Below, piece by piece: positions 43,094 to 55,829 of a DNA stretch of 64,000 bases. The position numbers were made by a program, and so were the translations under genes. Below the pieces are notes generated by a model. The model searched no databases and had not been told where the DNA came from. It worked only from the letters and a program-made list of their open reading frames with translations. The DNA lies in assembly GCF_009914755.1 (NCBI RefSeq), contig NC_060935.1; one strand, 5' to 3'. How positions within the stretch are numbered: position 1 is the first letter of the stretch; each line of letters starts with the position of its first letter. The DNA is from the human T2T-CHM13v2.0 reference genome, Homo sapiens.

Positions 43094-43291
43094 ACTCATG
43101 AAGAGAAAAAGTACATAGTTCTACACTGACTCATTATTCTCCCTGAAAAAATATGTTTTTATTATGATAATTTTCCCAGAGTGATTGATTGAATACTTTA
43201 ATACTATGAAGAATATGATTTTTAAAAATTATCTTTCTAACTTAATTTTACTATTTAATTTAAATGTAGCATTTGTTGCATAGTCAGTACC

Positions 43292-43732
43292 TGTGGTGGG
43301 TCAAATGGTGGCCCCTGAAAAGATATGCCCATGTCCTAATACCCAGAACCTGTGGCTGTGACCTTCTTTGGAAAAAGAGTCTTTTCAGAGGTAGTTAAAT
43401 TAAAGATCTTAAGAAGAGATCATCCTGATCATCTGGATGGGCCCTACATCCAATGCTAGTGTCCTGGTAAGAGAGAAGAGAAGTCAGAGGCACAGAGAGG
43501 TGAAGATGGAAGCAGAGATTGCAGGGTAGCCCCACACCGTGCAACACCTGGAGCCACCAGAAGCTGGAGAGGCAGGGAAGGAATTTCCCCCAGAGCCTTC
43601 AGGGGAGCTCAGATCTGCCGACACCTTGAAGTTGAGCTTCTGACTTGCAGAACTGAGAAAGAATAAAATTCTGTTGTTTAAAGCCATGTAGTTTGTGCTA
43701 ATTTCTCATGGCAGCCACGGGTAACTAGTACG
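43292..43732 (+). mobile_element. MLT1C-like solo LTR
   Basis: 'tgtggtgggtcaaatggtggcccc...gccaccagaagctggagaggc...aataaaattctgttgtttaaagcc'; TSD gtacc/gtatc. Confidence 0.9.
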
Positions 43733-43829
43733 GTATCCCTACTTTTTCCTTTAAGAAAATCTTTCTTTTCTGTTGCCTTTATTCTCTCAAGCTAATTCAT
43801 AATATTTGCTTTGTGACTTGGTTATGTTT

Positions 43830-44050
43830 TTAAAAGCATTTATTGAGTATTTTCAGTATGTTTCAGACATTATGTTGAGTGCTTTATGGGATTATGTTGT
43901 TTAAACTTCACTACAAATTTCTGAATTTTTAACATTCTACCCTCTTTCTGTGTGCAGAAAGTCTTAGAGAGGTTACACTGTTTTTTGGTGGTCACAAAGC
44001 TGGCAGGTGGAATGATCGGGATTTGACCTTGGGCATCTCATCCTGCAGGC
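43830..44050 (-). mobile_element. MIR
   Basis: 'agcatttattgagta...agaggttacac...ggtcacaaagctggcaggtgg...ggatttgacc'. Confidence 0.7.
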
Positions 44051-45369
44051 TTGGTTTTGAATGAGAAGCTGCTATTCCAGCTGCTTAAGGCCTGAGAGAC
44101 TTAGTCACCCTGGGAAACCTGGTTGCCCCTGTGGCTCGTTATTTGCTTGCCTGAACCGATCTGCATGGGGTGGCACCTGTGCACTGTGCCTTGCATGCCA
44201 GTGCCTCCCTTGCCAAAAACAGCCACCTTCCTCTGTGCACCTTCTCTGGGCATCTCAGCTTCTGTTCACCTCACATCTGTATCCGAGGCCCTTCCTCCAG
44301 TCTGAAATGACCTGAGAGGTACCTGTGGAGATGGTTCCAATGTGACATGCCCTGAGCATCTCTGTCCAGTAAGGTTAAGGTTACGATGTAGCAAGCAGTG
44401 TCATAATCTATGAGGGCCTTCCTCTCAGCTGACAGAGTGAATTAACATTACTTTTTGCATAAAATATTAGGAATCATCCTTTAAATTCTTCTGTTAATTG
44501 TATTAACGAGCTAGGGTTAGGCTTTTTCTTTCTCTCCTTTAAATCTTCTGAGCCTTGAAAATGGAATTTGAGTAAAGAAAAACATTTGTCGAACACTCTT
44601 ACACAGCAGTTTTCTTATGTCAAACTTGGCTGGTTAGGATTGTAACAATCCTTAAAGGATTGTTTTCTTGGCATAAGGTGGCGTTTCTTGATCTAAGTTG
44701 ACAGGAAGGTAAACAGAGCAATTAAACTCCGGACTACCTCTTTCCTCAGACTCTATTGGATTTGTTCATGTATTTGTGCTGTCTGGGAGTCCCCTGGCTG
44801 TCCATGTCATTAACAATCCCCTTTCTGCCAAGCCCCTCACAAGTGATGTAAGATATTTGAAGACAACCTAACAACGTTCTAAAGCATTGAGGAAACAGGA
44901 GAGCAATGTAAACATCATGGCTAATGCTAGCTTTAAATTAAAAACACTATTCCTAACACACACACACCCCCCAAAATTAAAAAAAGAAGTGCATATCTAG
45001 TGGAGATTATTTATGTAAATGCTTTAAAGAATGGGCCTAAAGATATTTTTCTTCTCAGCAGCCTTTTGAGCAGTTTCTATCTTTTTCATCTGTTTTCATC
45101 TAAGCTGCACTTTAATGTCTTTTAACTGTATAGTTTTATGTGTCACCACTGATGCTAGTCGCCAGATAAATACAGCAGAGCGCTGGCATAGGTCTTCTTT
45201 ATGGGGTATATATACACAAAGTTGCTTCTGCATTTGTACACGTGCTCCATATTTTTGGAACCTGAAGCTGACAGGAGAAATAATAAACCAACTTTGTAAA
45301 GTAACATATTCCCAATAGTTTAAGGCATTGAAGAAATCTTGGCAACCCTGTTTATTATGATGTATAGAC

Positions 45370-45620
45370 AGCATTCATTCAGCAGCAAACATTTATTTTG
45401 TCATTACCAAGTTCTAGGCCCTCTGCTAGGCACTGGGGATCCCACCATGAGTAAAATATGGGCTGTGCTTGAGACTGTTAAGGTCTTGAGAGGCAGGCCT
45501 GGGTATAAAGGAACTGAAAGAACACAATGCAATAACTTAAATAGAGTATCTTGGGAGCACAGAGAGGAACACAGCCAACATTTTCTAGGAGGACAGTCAG
45601 AAAAGGCCTCAGAGCACAAC
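45370..45620 (-). mobile_element. L2 3' end
   Basis: 'cattcattcagcagcaaacatttatt...ctgctaggcactggggat'. Confidence 0.75.
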
Positions 45621-45989
45621 CAAATTCAGCATCTTCCTGAGAAACAAAGAGTTAACCGAGGTAGATTCAGAGCTGAAAATAACATTTATTCTACCAAAAA
45701 AAAAAAAAAAAAAATAGGACAGTAAATGGGTGACAAATTGCTCCATGTTTATTTCTTTAAAAATGGAAATATTATAAGCCACCATGAACAGTTTTTCCTG
45801 TTTGCCAAAGTCTTCCTCTAGCTCACGTGGAAGAAGGAAATCATAAAAAGTAGCTGTGATAGCTGCCTTCAAATATCGGAGGTGTGTCATGTGGGGAAAG
45901 AATAACACTTGCTCAGAGGTGCTCCAGAGCATCATGGCTGGGACCCAGGGGCAACACTGACAAGTAAGTAGATTCTAGCTTCACGTGAC

Positions 45990-46130
45990 CAACAGTGCTT
46001 GTCTCCCATGCCCAGCTCCCTTGTGGGCAGTGAGCTCTCCATCATCGGGAAGATTCAAGACCAGCTAGAGGACCATGTCTGTAGGAAATACCCAATGGGC
46101 TTTTCATTGGAAACATGCATTTGTGCTAGA
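45990..46130 (+). mobile_element. L3/CR1 3' relic
   Basis: 'gcagtgagctctccatcatcgggaagattcaagaccagctagaggacca' resembles the CR1 3' end. Confidence 0.45.
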
Positions 46131-48534
46131 TTAGGGAGCAGAAGGATATTTTGGGGGAAAGGGTGAGACAAGAGGGCACAGCGGTGGCATTTAGGACAAA
46201 GGATTCTTGCTTCTTCCTTGAGGTCTCCAAGTGGAATAATTGTACGTCATTATCCACTCATACTTCTTCAGGCCTCAGGAGGGAAAGAGGTATGGATATT
46301 ATCATTCCAATCCTCCAGAGGAGGAAGCCTCTAAAACACAGCAAGGGTAACATCTACCTTTCATCAAGGTAGGAGCATGAGGCTTATTTCATTATGAGAA
46401 GGCGGGGGCTTGCAGATTCTCAGAAGAAAGGGAGGCAGAAGGGCAAAGTAGTGTTTATTTATAAAGCCAGATTTTACATACAGTGCCCGCCAAGGATTTA
46501 GTGCCGCGCTTCAAGTGAATAAATCCCTCCAGTGTCAGAGACATAAGACGTTGTCAAGCTGCCTGTGAGACAATGTGATCATAAAGTCTTAGAACCGAAA
46601 TACCTCCAGTCACCTTGGTAAGAAAATAATCCGCTCTCAAGTGATGCTTTGAAGTTTAATGGAGTTGCTCCCTATCCAGTAAATGAAATCTGGTGTTGTT
46701 CTGAGATGGTAGTGTGCTGTTGCAAGAGTGGAGCAGGCAGGCTCCTTTCTCTCTCACTCCCAGTCCTCCCCAGGCTGACCCCAATCTGCTTTTATAGCCC
46801 CATTTCCCATAACTGTCCTCCACAAAGCACATGCCTCAGCCAAACCATCTACTCAGCCTGTCCAGGAAGGCCATGAAGAAGAATTCAGGCCAGGGGACCT
46901 GCCAGGGTGGGGCAGGGAGTGCCTTCTTCCCTTGAACGTGGTTTTGGCCAAACAGGCAGGATAAAGTCAAAACAAAGGCCAGACTAGATTTGGTTATGTA
47001 GTCAGAGTTAGAGTCAATAATCAGCTCTGCATCTGGCCAGGTGAGCAGGGGTAGAAGTCTTGTAGAAATGTCTATCCTAACAGCAAGGATCTGGCAATGT
47101 CATGGCTGAATCCATGAGGGTGCAGAAAACAGGATAGGACATATATGGTGATTAGTTTGAGGTCAGGAAAGGAGGCTCAGAGGCTGGAGCTGGGGTATCA
47201 GCCAGTGCAAAGGCCATGAAGTCATAGGATTTACCCCTGGAAAAAGGAGTTTCCCTGAAAGAGCTTGCAACCCAATGCCATTTCATTATAGGATCAATCT
47301 AGACAGGGCTGAGTCTCATTAAGACAACCTTCTTTGCAGAAGGGAAGGGCACACCCAGGCCTCTTGTTTCTGCATGCTGGAATTCTGATGCCAATCATCA
47401 GGGAGGATCTGACCTTGTGGACCTGACATTTAGATATAACGATGGCCAGAGAGGCTCCTCAACATGGAGCTCTGTGAAGGAGACAAAAGGATTTAATTGT
47501 GATAGACTCACAATGTGTAATGAGAACTGTCCACAGTTCATTTTTCATTGCAGCATAGAGCAAAGGCAGTGCTGTGAATGCTGAGATAGGCGTTCAGCTT
47601 CTTTTTACCAAGGAATTGGCAATAATCCTTAATGTGGTTTAACCCACTTAGTCCTGACATAGTCTGGCTCTCTCTTGAGTGTTACCCATATTGCCTTTGA
47701 CTCAATATTGGAGCTAAGATAAATATTTCTTGCTGAAGGAGCTTATCTGCCAACACACATTTTCCCTAAGGACAGTTTTAAGGCCTGGGCCATTATTAGT
47801 TGAGTTCTCTGGGAAGCCATACTTTCCTTTAATATGTTGCTCAAACAGCTGGTTATGATGGACATGTCCTTGAGGCACATTTGACCCCTCTCTTAGATAG
47901 ATGAGCCTAGGCAGATGGGCAGAAATTAGATCAAAAGGTCTGTCAGACCAATGGGAAAGCCGAGCCCACTGCCCTAGCTTCAGACTGTGGGCACTGGGGG
48001 TCACTGAGGGTGAATAAGCAGGGAAGTGGATAGGTCAAGAAGGAGAACATGGATGGCGGATGGCAGAGAAGCTGAATCCCAAGCACCTGTGGGCTAGGTA
48101 TCTAATTTATCTCTCTTGAGGCTGGGCCCATTTCATCCTCCACCAGGCCGATCATGTCCCAGGCAGAACAGGGTGCTGGACGTGGAGTGCCTAGTGCGCC
48201 CACGGTGCACAGACATAGAAGGAGATTCTCAAATACCTGAATTTGGAGATTCAGAGTAGAAATTAACAAAAATAGAATTTGGCGGTGTAGCAGTTCTTGG
48301 TGATGGGAACAGTCAGTCTCGTATCTGAAAATTTGGATAAAAAGAAGCCATTATATAAGGAATCAGACTTTGCCCTTAATTTGCCTGGCAGCTGATGCTT
48401 TTTGACGTGAGTACAGTACAATTCTTTGGCCTCTGGAGCCTGTGAGATTTCATGTTTCTAGAAAGAGTTTGCTCATGGCTGGCCCAGGGGTGGAGAAATG
48501 AGGGAGGGGACTTAATGCAAAACTCTGTTCTCTT

Positions 48535-48828
48535 ATTGAGAGGCCTGGAAGTGTTCTTCCACCACCACCAAGTTCATCTCCCATAAGAAGCCTCTAGTGT
48601 TCTTCTATCACCACCAAGTTTATCTCGCATAAGATTACCTCTAAGAAGCCTCTTCTGTGAGGTGGACTTGGTGGTGGTAGAAGAACATTTCCAGGCTTCT
48701 CAATCTACCACCCCCAAGTGTTCTTCTACCACCACCAAGTTCATTTTGCATAAGAAGCTCTAGGGTTTTTCCAAGTTCATGGTGAGATGAACTTGGTGGT
48801 GGTGGTGGAAGAACACTGGAGGGTTCTC
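48535..48828. repeat. Complex direct plus inverted repeat cluster of a ~46 bp unit
   Basis: Core gtgttcttc(c/t)accaccaccaagttcat forward at ~48551, ~48597, ~48718 and reverse-complemented at ~48652-48704 and ~48784-48828. Confidence 0.9.
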
Positions 48829-49249
48829 GGAGGTGATTAGTCTTTTCTTTCTGGCTGTTTGCGTAGGATGATGAGGAAGGGACAAGGGCAATTGAAGTAG
48901 CAAAGTGAAGATGAATTTCTGTCAAAACTATGAAATATACCTGGGTGCTCAAAGATGATCTGCTGGGGTAAGGTTATGGAGGTGGAAAGTCCTTTGGTTA
49001 GAAGAAAGTAGGACCTGTTATGAGTAATACCACTGACTGTAAAGCTGAAATTGTTACCCCGATATGGGTGGTGTCAGTAATAGAAGACACCAGCCATGGA
49101 ACAGGGCCAATTCAAGCTTGGCAAAGATTAAAGGAGATTTTCAGGTTTTCTAGATTTTCTTTTGGCACAAATGGACCTTCACAAATAGCTTGATATTTTG
49201 GCATCTTGATTAATGATCACAAAGTCTCTGTCTCTGAAGTATAAAGGGT

Positions 49250-49990
49250 AGATTGGAATTAGTGAGAAGAGGGATAGGTGGTAAAAAGGAGGAAACCCTA
49301 ACATGCCTCAGAAAGAAAACACTATGCTCTGAAGCTCAGGAGCAAGAAGGAGTGTATTGCCTTCACCCGTGGAAGGTATTTCAGTATGACAGAGTAAAGG
49401 GTGAGGAGTCATGAGAAACAGGTTCATGGAAATCCTTGTAGGTCATTTTAAAGAATGTAAGCAATGAAGACCTTTAATGAGTTTTAAACTACAGAATACG
49501 GTGACGTGCTCAGATTTGGAGTTCAGGTAGCTAACAATAGTAGAAGGCTTGAGGACAGAAGGTCTAGGAAATGAAACAGACAAGAGATGCTGAATATCTG
49601 AACTGAGGCCTTGAGTGCAGGTGTGGAGATGATGAGAAAGATTAAAAAACCAAAAAGAAAAATTGGCCTGAGCTGGAAATGCATGACTATGACAAGTGTT
49701 TGCGTGGGAGAAGACAAAGATGACTGCCAGGCTTCTGGATTAGATGGTGGGTCCATCACAGCAAAGGTTGAAACAATCAATTATATTAGGGAAATCAGGC
49801 AAGGGAGAAGGTTTTGGGTAAATAGGGGCACCCGTTTTTAGATATGCTGAGTATGAGGTATTGTGAGACAAGCCAGAAAAGTTACCCATGTGAAGTTCTC
49901 GTAGGAGGTCAAGACTGGAGATGTGGATTTAGGATATATTAACTCTTGGGTGGCAATGAAGGTAATGAAGTGGAGCTAAGGGGAAGCCTT
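49250..49990 (-). mobile_element. L2 body relic
   Basis: 'aagatgactgccaggcttctgg...tttttagatatgctgagtatgaggt...ctggagatgtggatttagga'. Confidence 0.7.
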
Positions 49991-51016
49991 AAGTGTATAT
50001 GGTCAAGAACACATGGGGCCTGTGTTGTTCAGGTGTTCACGGCATCAGAGAACCATTCATTCCCTCCCTATTTGGACAACTCGGCCAGATGCTGACTCAG
50101 AAGCTCAAGGTGAGCTCCTTGGATCAGGTGGACACCAGCGCTAAATCCCAGCCTTTCTAATAGTGTCATTTCTTGAAAAAAGGAGGTTTCCAGTGCTATG
50201 TTGTCAGCTAGGTGTTCCCTGCCAACTTCTCCACTCTCCTGTAAACGTGCAATGCAATACAAATTTATATAAAGTGACAGGGTCTCTCTCCTGGAGTCCT
50301 TTCCATGTTGGTAGCCATGGACTCCGTGCAGCCCTGTTGAGCCTGGACAGAGCTCTTCGTGGATAAGAACCAGGGTTGTATGCACTTTGCTACTCTTATC
50401 TCATTGGTTTTTCCTCAAGAATTCTTTTATACATTTTCAATGCATGACATTGGTGGTGGTGGTGGTAGTGGTGGATGTGTGTGTGCACATGTGTGTGTCT
50501 GTGCCCTTTTTGCATGACATACATTCTTACCTGATTTGGGGGGTAGGCTTGGCCAATGAATGAAATGACCTGAAAGCCAAGGTCCTCGCTAAATATACCC
50601 AGGAACCTCACTGGGAATTAGTTTGAAAGATTAGGAGCATGTAATTTATTCCAGTTGGAAATTACTGCAGGATTTTATGCAAGGGAATGACATGTTTTCC
50701 AAATTTCTTTTGGAGTATTGGCATAATCAAAATCCCATAATCAAAATGAAAACCAGACCCCTAAAGAATATCTTTGAAAGGAGAGTCTCATAGTAGGATA
50801 GGGGTTCTGGAACCTAGGGCTCGAATTCTGCCTGTAGAAACCCTTTTTTGTGAGTTTCTTTCTGACTTCTACTGTATTGGCCAAATCATTTTTTCCTCAG
50901 ACCCTTTCCCTTGCGTGTTCTCAACATGCCCCTGAGACAAGGTCCAGTGTTCTCACTCATTATTTTGAAATGTTATGAACACTCAGTAACTCAAATACAA
51001 CTTTGTTAAGATTTAG

Positions 51017-51327
<311 letters not shown>

Positions 51328-51349
51328 AAAATTTAGTTTTTTTAAATGA

Positions 51350-51610
51350 CAATTATTTAATAGCAAATAATTATTGAATGTTCACTCGAAGCAGGGAATT
51401 ATCTTGAGTGCATTACACGCAATCACTTAGCCTTTGTAACAACCCCATAAGGTAAGTCCTGTGATGACTCCCATCTTAAGGGTAATGAAGGAAGGTAGAG
51501 AAAGAGTAAATAACTTTTCCAAGATTATTCAGCTAATTAGTGATGGAGTCAGGTTATGAATGAAAACAGCTTGCCTCCTGGTCTCTTGCTCTGTTACTCT
51601 GATACACAGC
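51350..51610 (-). mobile_element. MIR
   Basis: 'taacaaccccataaggtaag...cccatcttaag...taaataacttttccaaga'. Confidence 0.75.
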
Positions 51611-52074
51611 CTTCTAGAAATAAACAGAGTTATAACATGTATCTAAGGGATTATACAACCTACAGCCTGGCCTCTCAAGTTCACAGATCCCTTTCCAGGA
51701 AGAGTCCATGACAGGTGGGGAGTAATTCCTCCCTTTTTGCTCCTAGACTCGTCCCTTGTTCTGGATATCAGTTCAACACCCGTCACCTACTTTCTACATT
51801 CTGGAGTCCTGCCCGAGGCATCTGTTCTGTCTGGGAGATTGTCGACAGGAATTATGTTCTTTTTCTGTGTTGAGCCTACCTCCATGAAGGAGCAGGTCCC
51901 AGCTCTGTAATTCCATCCAGCGAGCAAATGCAAAAGACTTGCAGAGATTGTCTGCCTGTTGGGGGGGTCAGGCTGGTAATTTCCTGATTCCTCTAGTACA
52001 ACTTTCCACTTTCTTCCTTTTTTCGGGGGGGTATGGGGTGGTTCTTCTTCTAATGTTTTCTTGGCTGAAGCATG

Positions 52075-52203
52075 ATGCCTGTTTCGATCTCCTCTGGATG
52101 GTTCATAAGTGCCTAGAGGACGGTGATCTGTCCTCTCTGTATCACTTAATGCATATTTGCACACACTGGGCTCATACGAAGTTAGTGTTAGATGAATGAA
52201 TGA
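52075..52203 (+). mobile_element. L2 3' end
   Basis: Ends in the L2 tail 'tgttagatgaatgaatga'. Confidence 0.55.
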
Positions 52204-53577
52204 GGGCATGAGTAAAATTAATATAGGTCAGTCCTGTTTAGCATCCAGCCTCCTGCCCTCATGTCCCCCTCTCTCAATTTTTTAATCTGTTGAACGCTTT
52301 TAAAATCAGGTCACATAACTTAGCAGTACCTTAATATATTCTTCCAGAATCTTCTATTAATTAACTTAGTGATTTAACAACACTGGACTTTATTGTCGTT
52401 TTATAGTGCTTTGCTAATCCTTCATTTTTATACTCGTTTTATTTCCCTACCCCCTAATCTGAAATAATTTTTTACTATCTTCCGTGCAGCACTTTTTTCC
52501 CTCATAATCAATATTAATTTCATTCTAAGATCATATTTTGAGATGGAGCTGTTTGCTTGGTTCAAGTTGGGAGATCAAGAGGCAGTTTGTAGAATCTGTG
52601 TTTTCAAAGAAAATTTCTTATTAAGATAATTATCTGCTAGGCTAGCAGGATAATTTCAATCACATTGTTGCAGAACTCACAAGTGGATGTGTTTCCACTT
52701 CAAGGTGACTCGGTCACTCTCTGAGAGAGACTGTCACAGCTTGGGAGAAGCTAGCACAGGCAGAAAAGGAAAGGAATCCAACAGGCAGGTGGCGTTCACC
52801 CCATTGCCCTGGATTTCTGTACAGTTGGCATGGCCAGGCTTGGTATAGGGAGCCAAAAGCCCATCTCTCCAAGCTCTGGGAAGCATTTGACACGCTGTAT
52901 GGAGTGAAGGTTCTAGGAACAAAGCCATCAATGGGAAAGGGCCAACGAGAGAAAAAGATGGGAGAGAGCTGGCCGAGAGATATCAAAGGTAATATTCAGG
53001 AGAATTGCAGTGATCTGAAAACACTTCTTTGGATATTTGTGGGAAATTTGTGCTCTAAATTCCAAGTACATTATGAATGCAAGATACTCCATTTGTCATA
53101 AAAACTTAAAATGGTTTCAGTAGAATTTTTTAAAGATGAATAATAGGATTAACTTATTCATCACTTAAAAAGCTAAGTTGTTGCTATACAACTGCAGAAC
53201 AGAAACAAAATAAAAAATCATTTCTGTTCTTTCTGGAATCAGCATTTCTGAAAATTCAGGATAAGCCTTTCTTTTCTTGGCTTTATTTATTTTTTGGAGG
53301 ATCAGGAGAATGTTATCAATTGGGTAATTATGCAAAGGTTTGCACAGGGAAAATGCAGAAAATGAACAAAACTCTGTAAAAAGGAAACATATATAGCATC
53401 ATGGCTTATTTAAGAAGGAGGCCTTCTGATTTATAAATACATCATGAGATGATGAGGCTGGAGGCAGAGCGAGCATTCTGAGGATAGAAATGGACTTTGT
53501 TTTCTCTGTGTTTACGCAAGTCTTTTTTTTTTTTCTTATTCTCTGTTTTAAACAGCTAAATGGAAACTGCCCTAGCA

Positions 53578-53695
53578 TCCTTTCTCTCTCTCTCTCTCTC
53601 TTTTCCTTTGTCACCCTTCTCTTTCTTCCATGTCTTTTTCTCTCTCTTCCTCCCCCATTGCTCTCTTCTTCTCTCTCTTGCTCGATGCTCTTTCA
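53578..53695. repeat. CT-rich low-complexity tract
   Basis: (CT)9 followed by degenerate pyrimidines. Confidence 0.8.
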
Positions 53696-53733
53696 AAATT
53701 GCTCCCTCAGGTATCTCCCCGAATGCACACTGA

Positions 53734-54158
53734 TTTTTATTTTATTTTATTTTGGTGTGTTTTTTAATTTTTATTTTAGATTCAGGGGGTACATGTGCAG
53801 GTGCATCATAAGGGTATGCTCTATGGTACTGAGGTTTGGGTTTCTGTTGACTTGGTTACCCAGAGAGTGAGCACAGTACCCAGCAGGAAGTTTTTCAGCC
53901 CTTGTCCCACTTTCCTCCCTGCATTTGGAGTCACCAGTGTCTTTTGTTCCCATCTTTATGTTTGTGTGTACCCACTGTTAGCTCCCACTTGTAAGTGAGA
54001 ACATGTGATACTTGGTTTTCTGTTTCTGCATTAATTTGCTTAGGATAATGGCCTCCAACTGCACCCACATTGCTGCAAAGGACATGATTTCATTCATTTT
54101 TATGGCTGCATACTATTCCATGGTGTATACAGACCACGTTGTCTTTATCTAATCAACC
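53734..54158 (-). mobile_element. L1PA15/16-like 3' end
   Basis: 'tagattcagggggtacatgtgcagg...gagcacagtacccagcagg...gctcccacttgtaagtgagaacatg'. Confidence 0.9.
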
Positions 54159-54499
54159 TAAAATTACATTATTTTCTTCAGGCTTTATTTCTTCTGGGTG
54201 GGCTTACTGATTTGAATGCTGAGACTCATAGCAGTAGGTACCCATTAAATATATTTTAATTTATGTATTGCTATGAAGCTTCTATCATGATACATTTTAT
54301 ATTTTTCTTTCCATTATTTAATTTGACCTTCAAAAGCACCCTGGGAAGGAGGTAGAAGTATCTCGTCCTGTTTTGTAGCCGGGGAAACTCAAAGATGACT
54401 TCACAGCTCAGGCTTCCATGCCATGTGAGCGGGAGACCTCAGAACCGGAGCCATGTTTTAAAATTTCAAGCTTGTGGCCCTTTCCACCCTTTCCAGCTC

Positions 54500-55125
54500 C
54501 TGTGGAATTCTGCAGTAATCTCCTAACTTGTCTCCCACTTTTACTTTTGTGTATCTGCAAAGTGTTCTCAAGGTAGAAGCCCACACGGCCTTTTTAAGGT
54601 GCAGATCTGATATTGCCATACCTTGGCATAAAAGCCTTCACGTTACTCATGGATAAAGACCAACGTATTTAACCCACCTACAGGCTCTGTATGGCTCGAC
54701 CCAGGTGCCTGCCTCTCAGAGCTGCCCCTTGCTCCCCTTCGTTCCCTCCACTTCGGGACATCGCTGTTCTTTCAGCAGCGTGCTCTGCTCTGCCCCCTCC
54801 CACCATGGGCTTTTTATTCTGTCTGTATGAGATGATTTTTTTCTTCCCCTTACTGCCTTCCAGTATTGGCTCAAGCACTGATTCTTCTTAAAAAAATCTC
54901 TATCTTCCCCTCCAACATAGGGCAGATCTCTCTCTTCTATGATCTCAGGGCACAGTAGAAATTTCACCTTCATTGGATGAAATATTACATACATTACACA
55001 CGTTTGATTAGTATTTATCTCCTCTAATAGACCTTAAGATCCATGAGGCCAGGGGCTATGTCTTTATTTGTTTGCAATTTTGTCTCAATAGATTCACAAA
55101 AAGTATTTGTGCCAGTGAGTAAAAT
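54500..55125 (+). mobile_element. L2 3' portion
   Basis: 'ctcctaacttgtctccc...gcagatctga...tagaccttaagatccatgaggccaggg'. Confidence 0.65.
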
Positions 55126-55829
55126 TGAGCTCTGCAGGGGCCCAGTGAATATAATTTTCCTATGTGATTCATCTTGGGGGGATGTGGCTCTGGGCCTGGT
55201 CAATTTAACAATTTCTTTAGAACACAGTGATTGATTAAGTCTGAAAAACAGTGATTAAGTATGAAAATTGAGGACAGTTCAAGATAATCTTGAAGATTAA
55301 AATGAAAAGGTAGGAGGACGTAAGTCTCCAAAAGTAGAGTCAAATACTGTGACTTTGGTGACATCTTTCCCAATCCACTCAGGTCCAGTTGGGTGTTTCC
55401 TGCTCTTTCCCTCAACCATCTTGTACACTCTGATTATTTAAATGACTATCTCCCCAAGTTGACTCTGACCTTTGCCTCTTAGGGCAAGAATCATGCCTGT
55501 CCACCTCTTCACATGACTTCGAACATGGTGGGCATTTAGCTAGTATTTGTTGAATGAATGAATTTGTACTTATTAAGGAAAGCCAGGCCATACCTATATA
55601 TCATCAGGAAGAACTGACCCAGGTAATGTTGGGCAAGGGTTGAAAGGATGTTAACGGATGGATCACGAGCTAACTGGGATTCAATTGCGATGTCCTTTGG
55701 TTACATCTTTCCCCTGTAATACATCTGTTTCACTGAAGGTGACGAGAGATAGGTTTTAAGAATCTTATTGTTCTTATTGTGTTCATCTCAGGTTCATTTT
55801 ATCTTCCACAGAAAACCTGTGGTTTGCTG

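Noticed and set aside
48535-48704. Calling the hairpin a miRNA gene
   Set aside because: The loop is 64 nt and contains another repeat copy; no known miRNA is recognised and there is no expression evidence.
50068-50385. 105 aa minus-strand ORF with protein-like composition
   Set aside because: No family recognised and no supportable exon structure; would need tBLASTn or PhyloCSF support.
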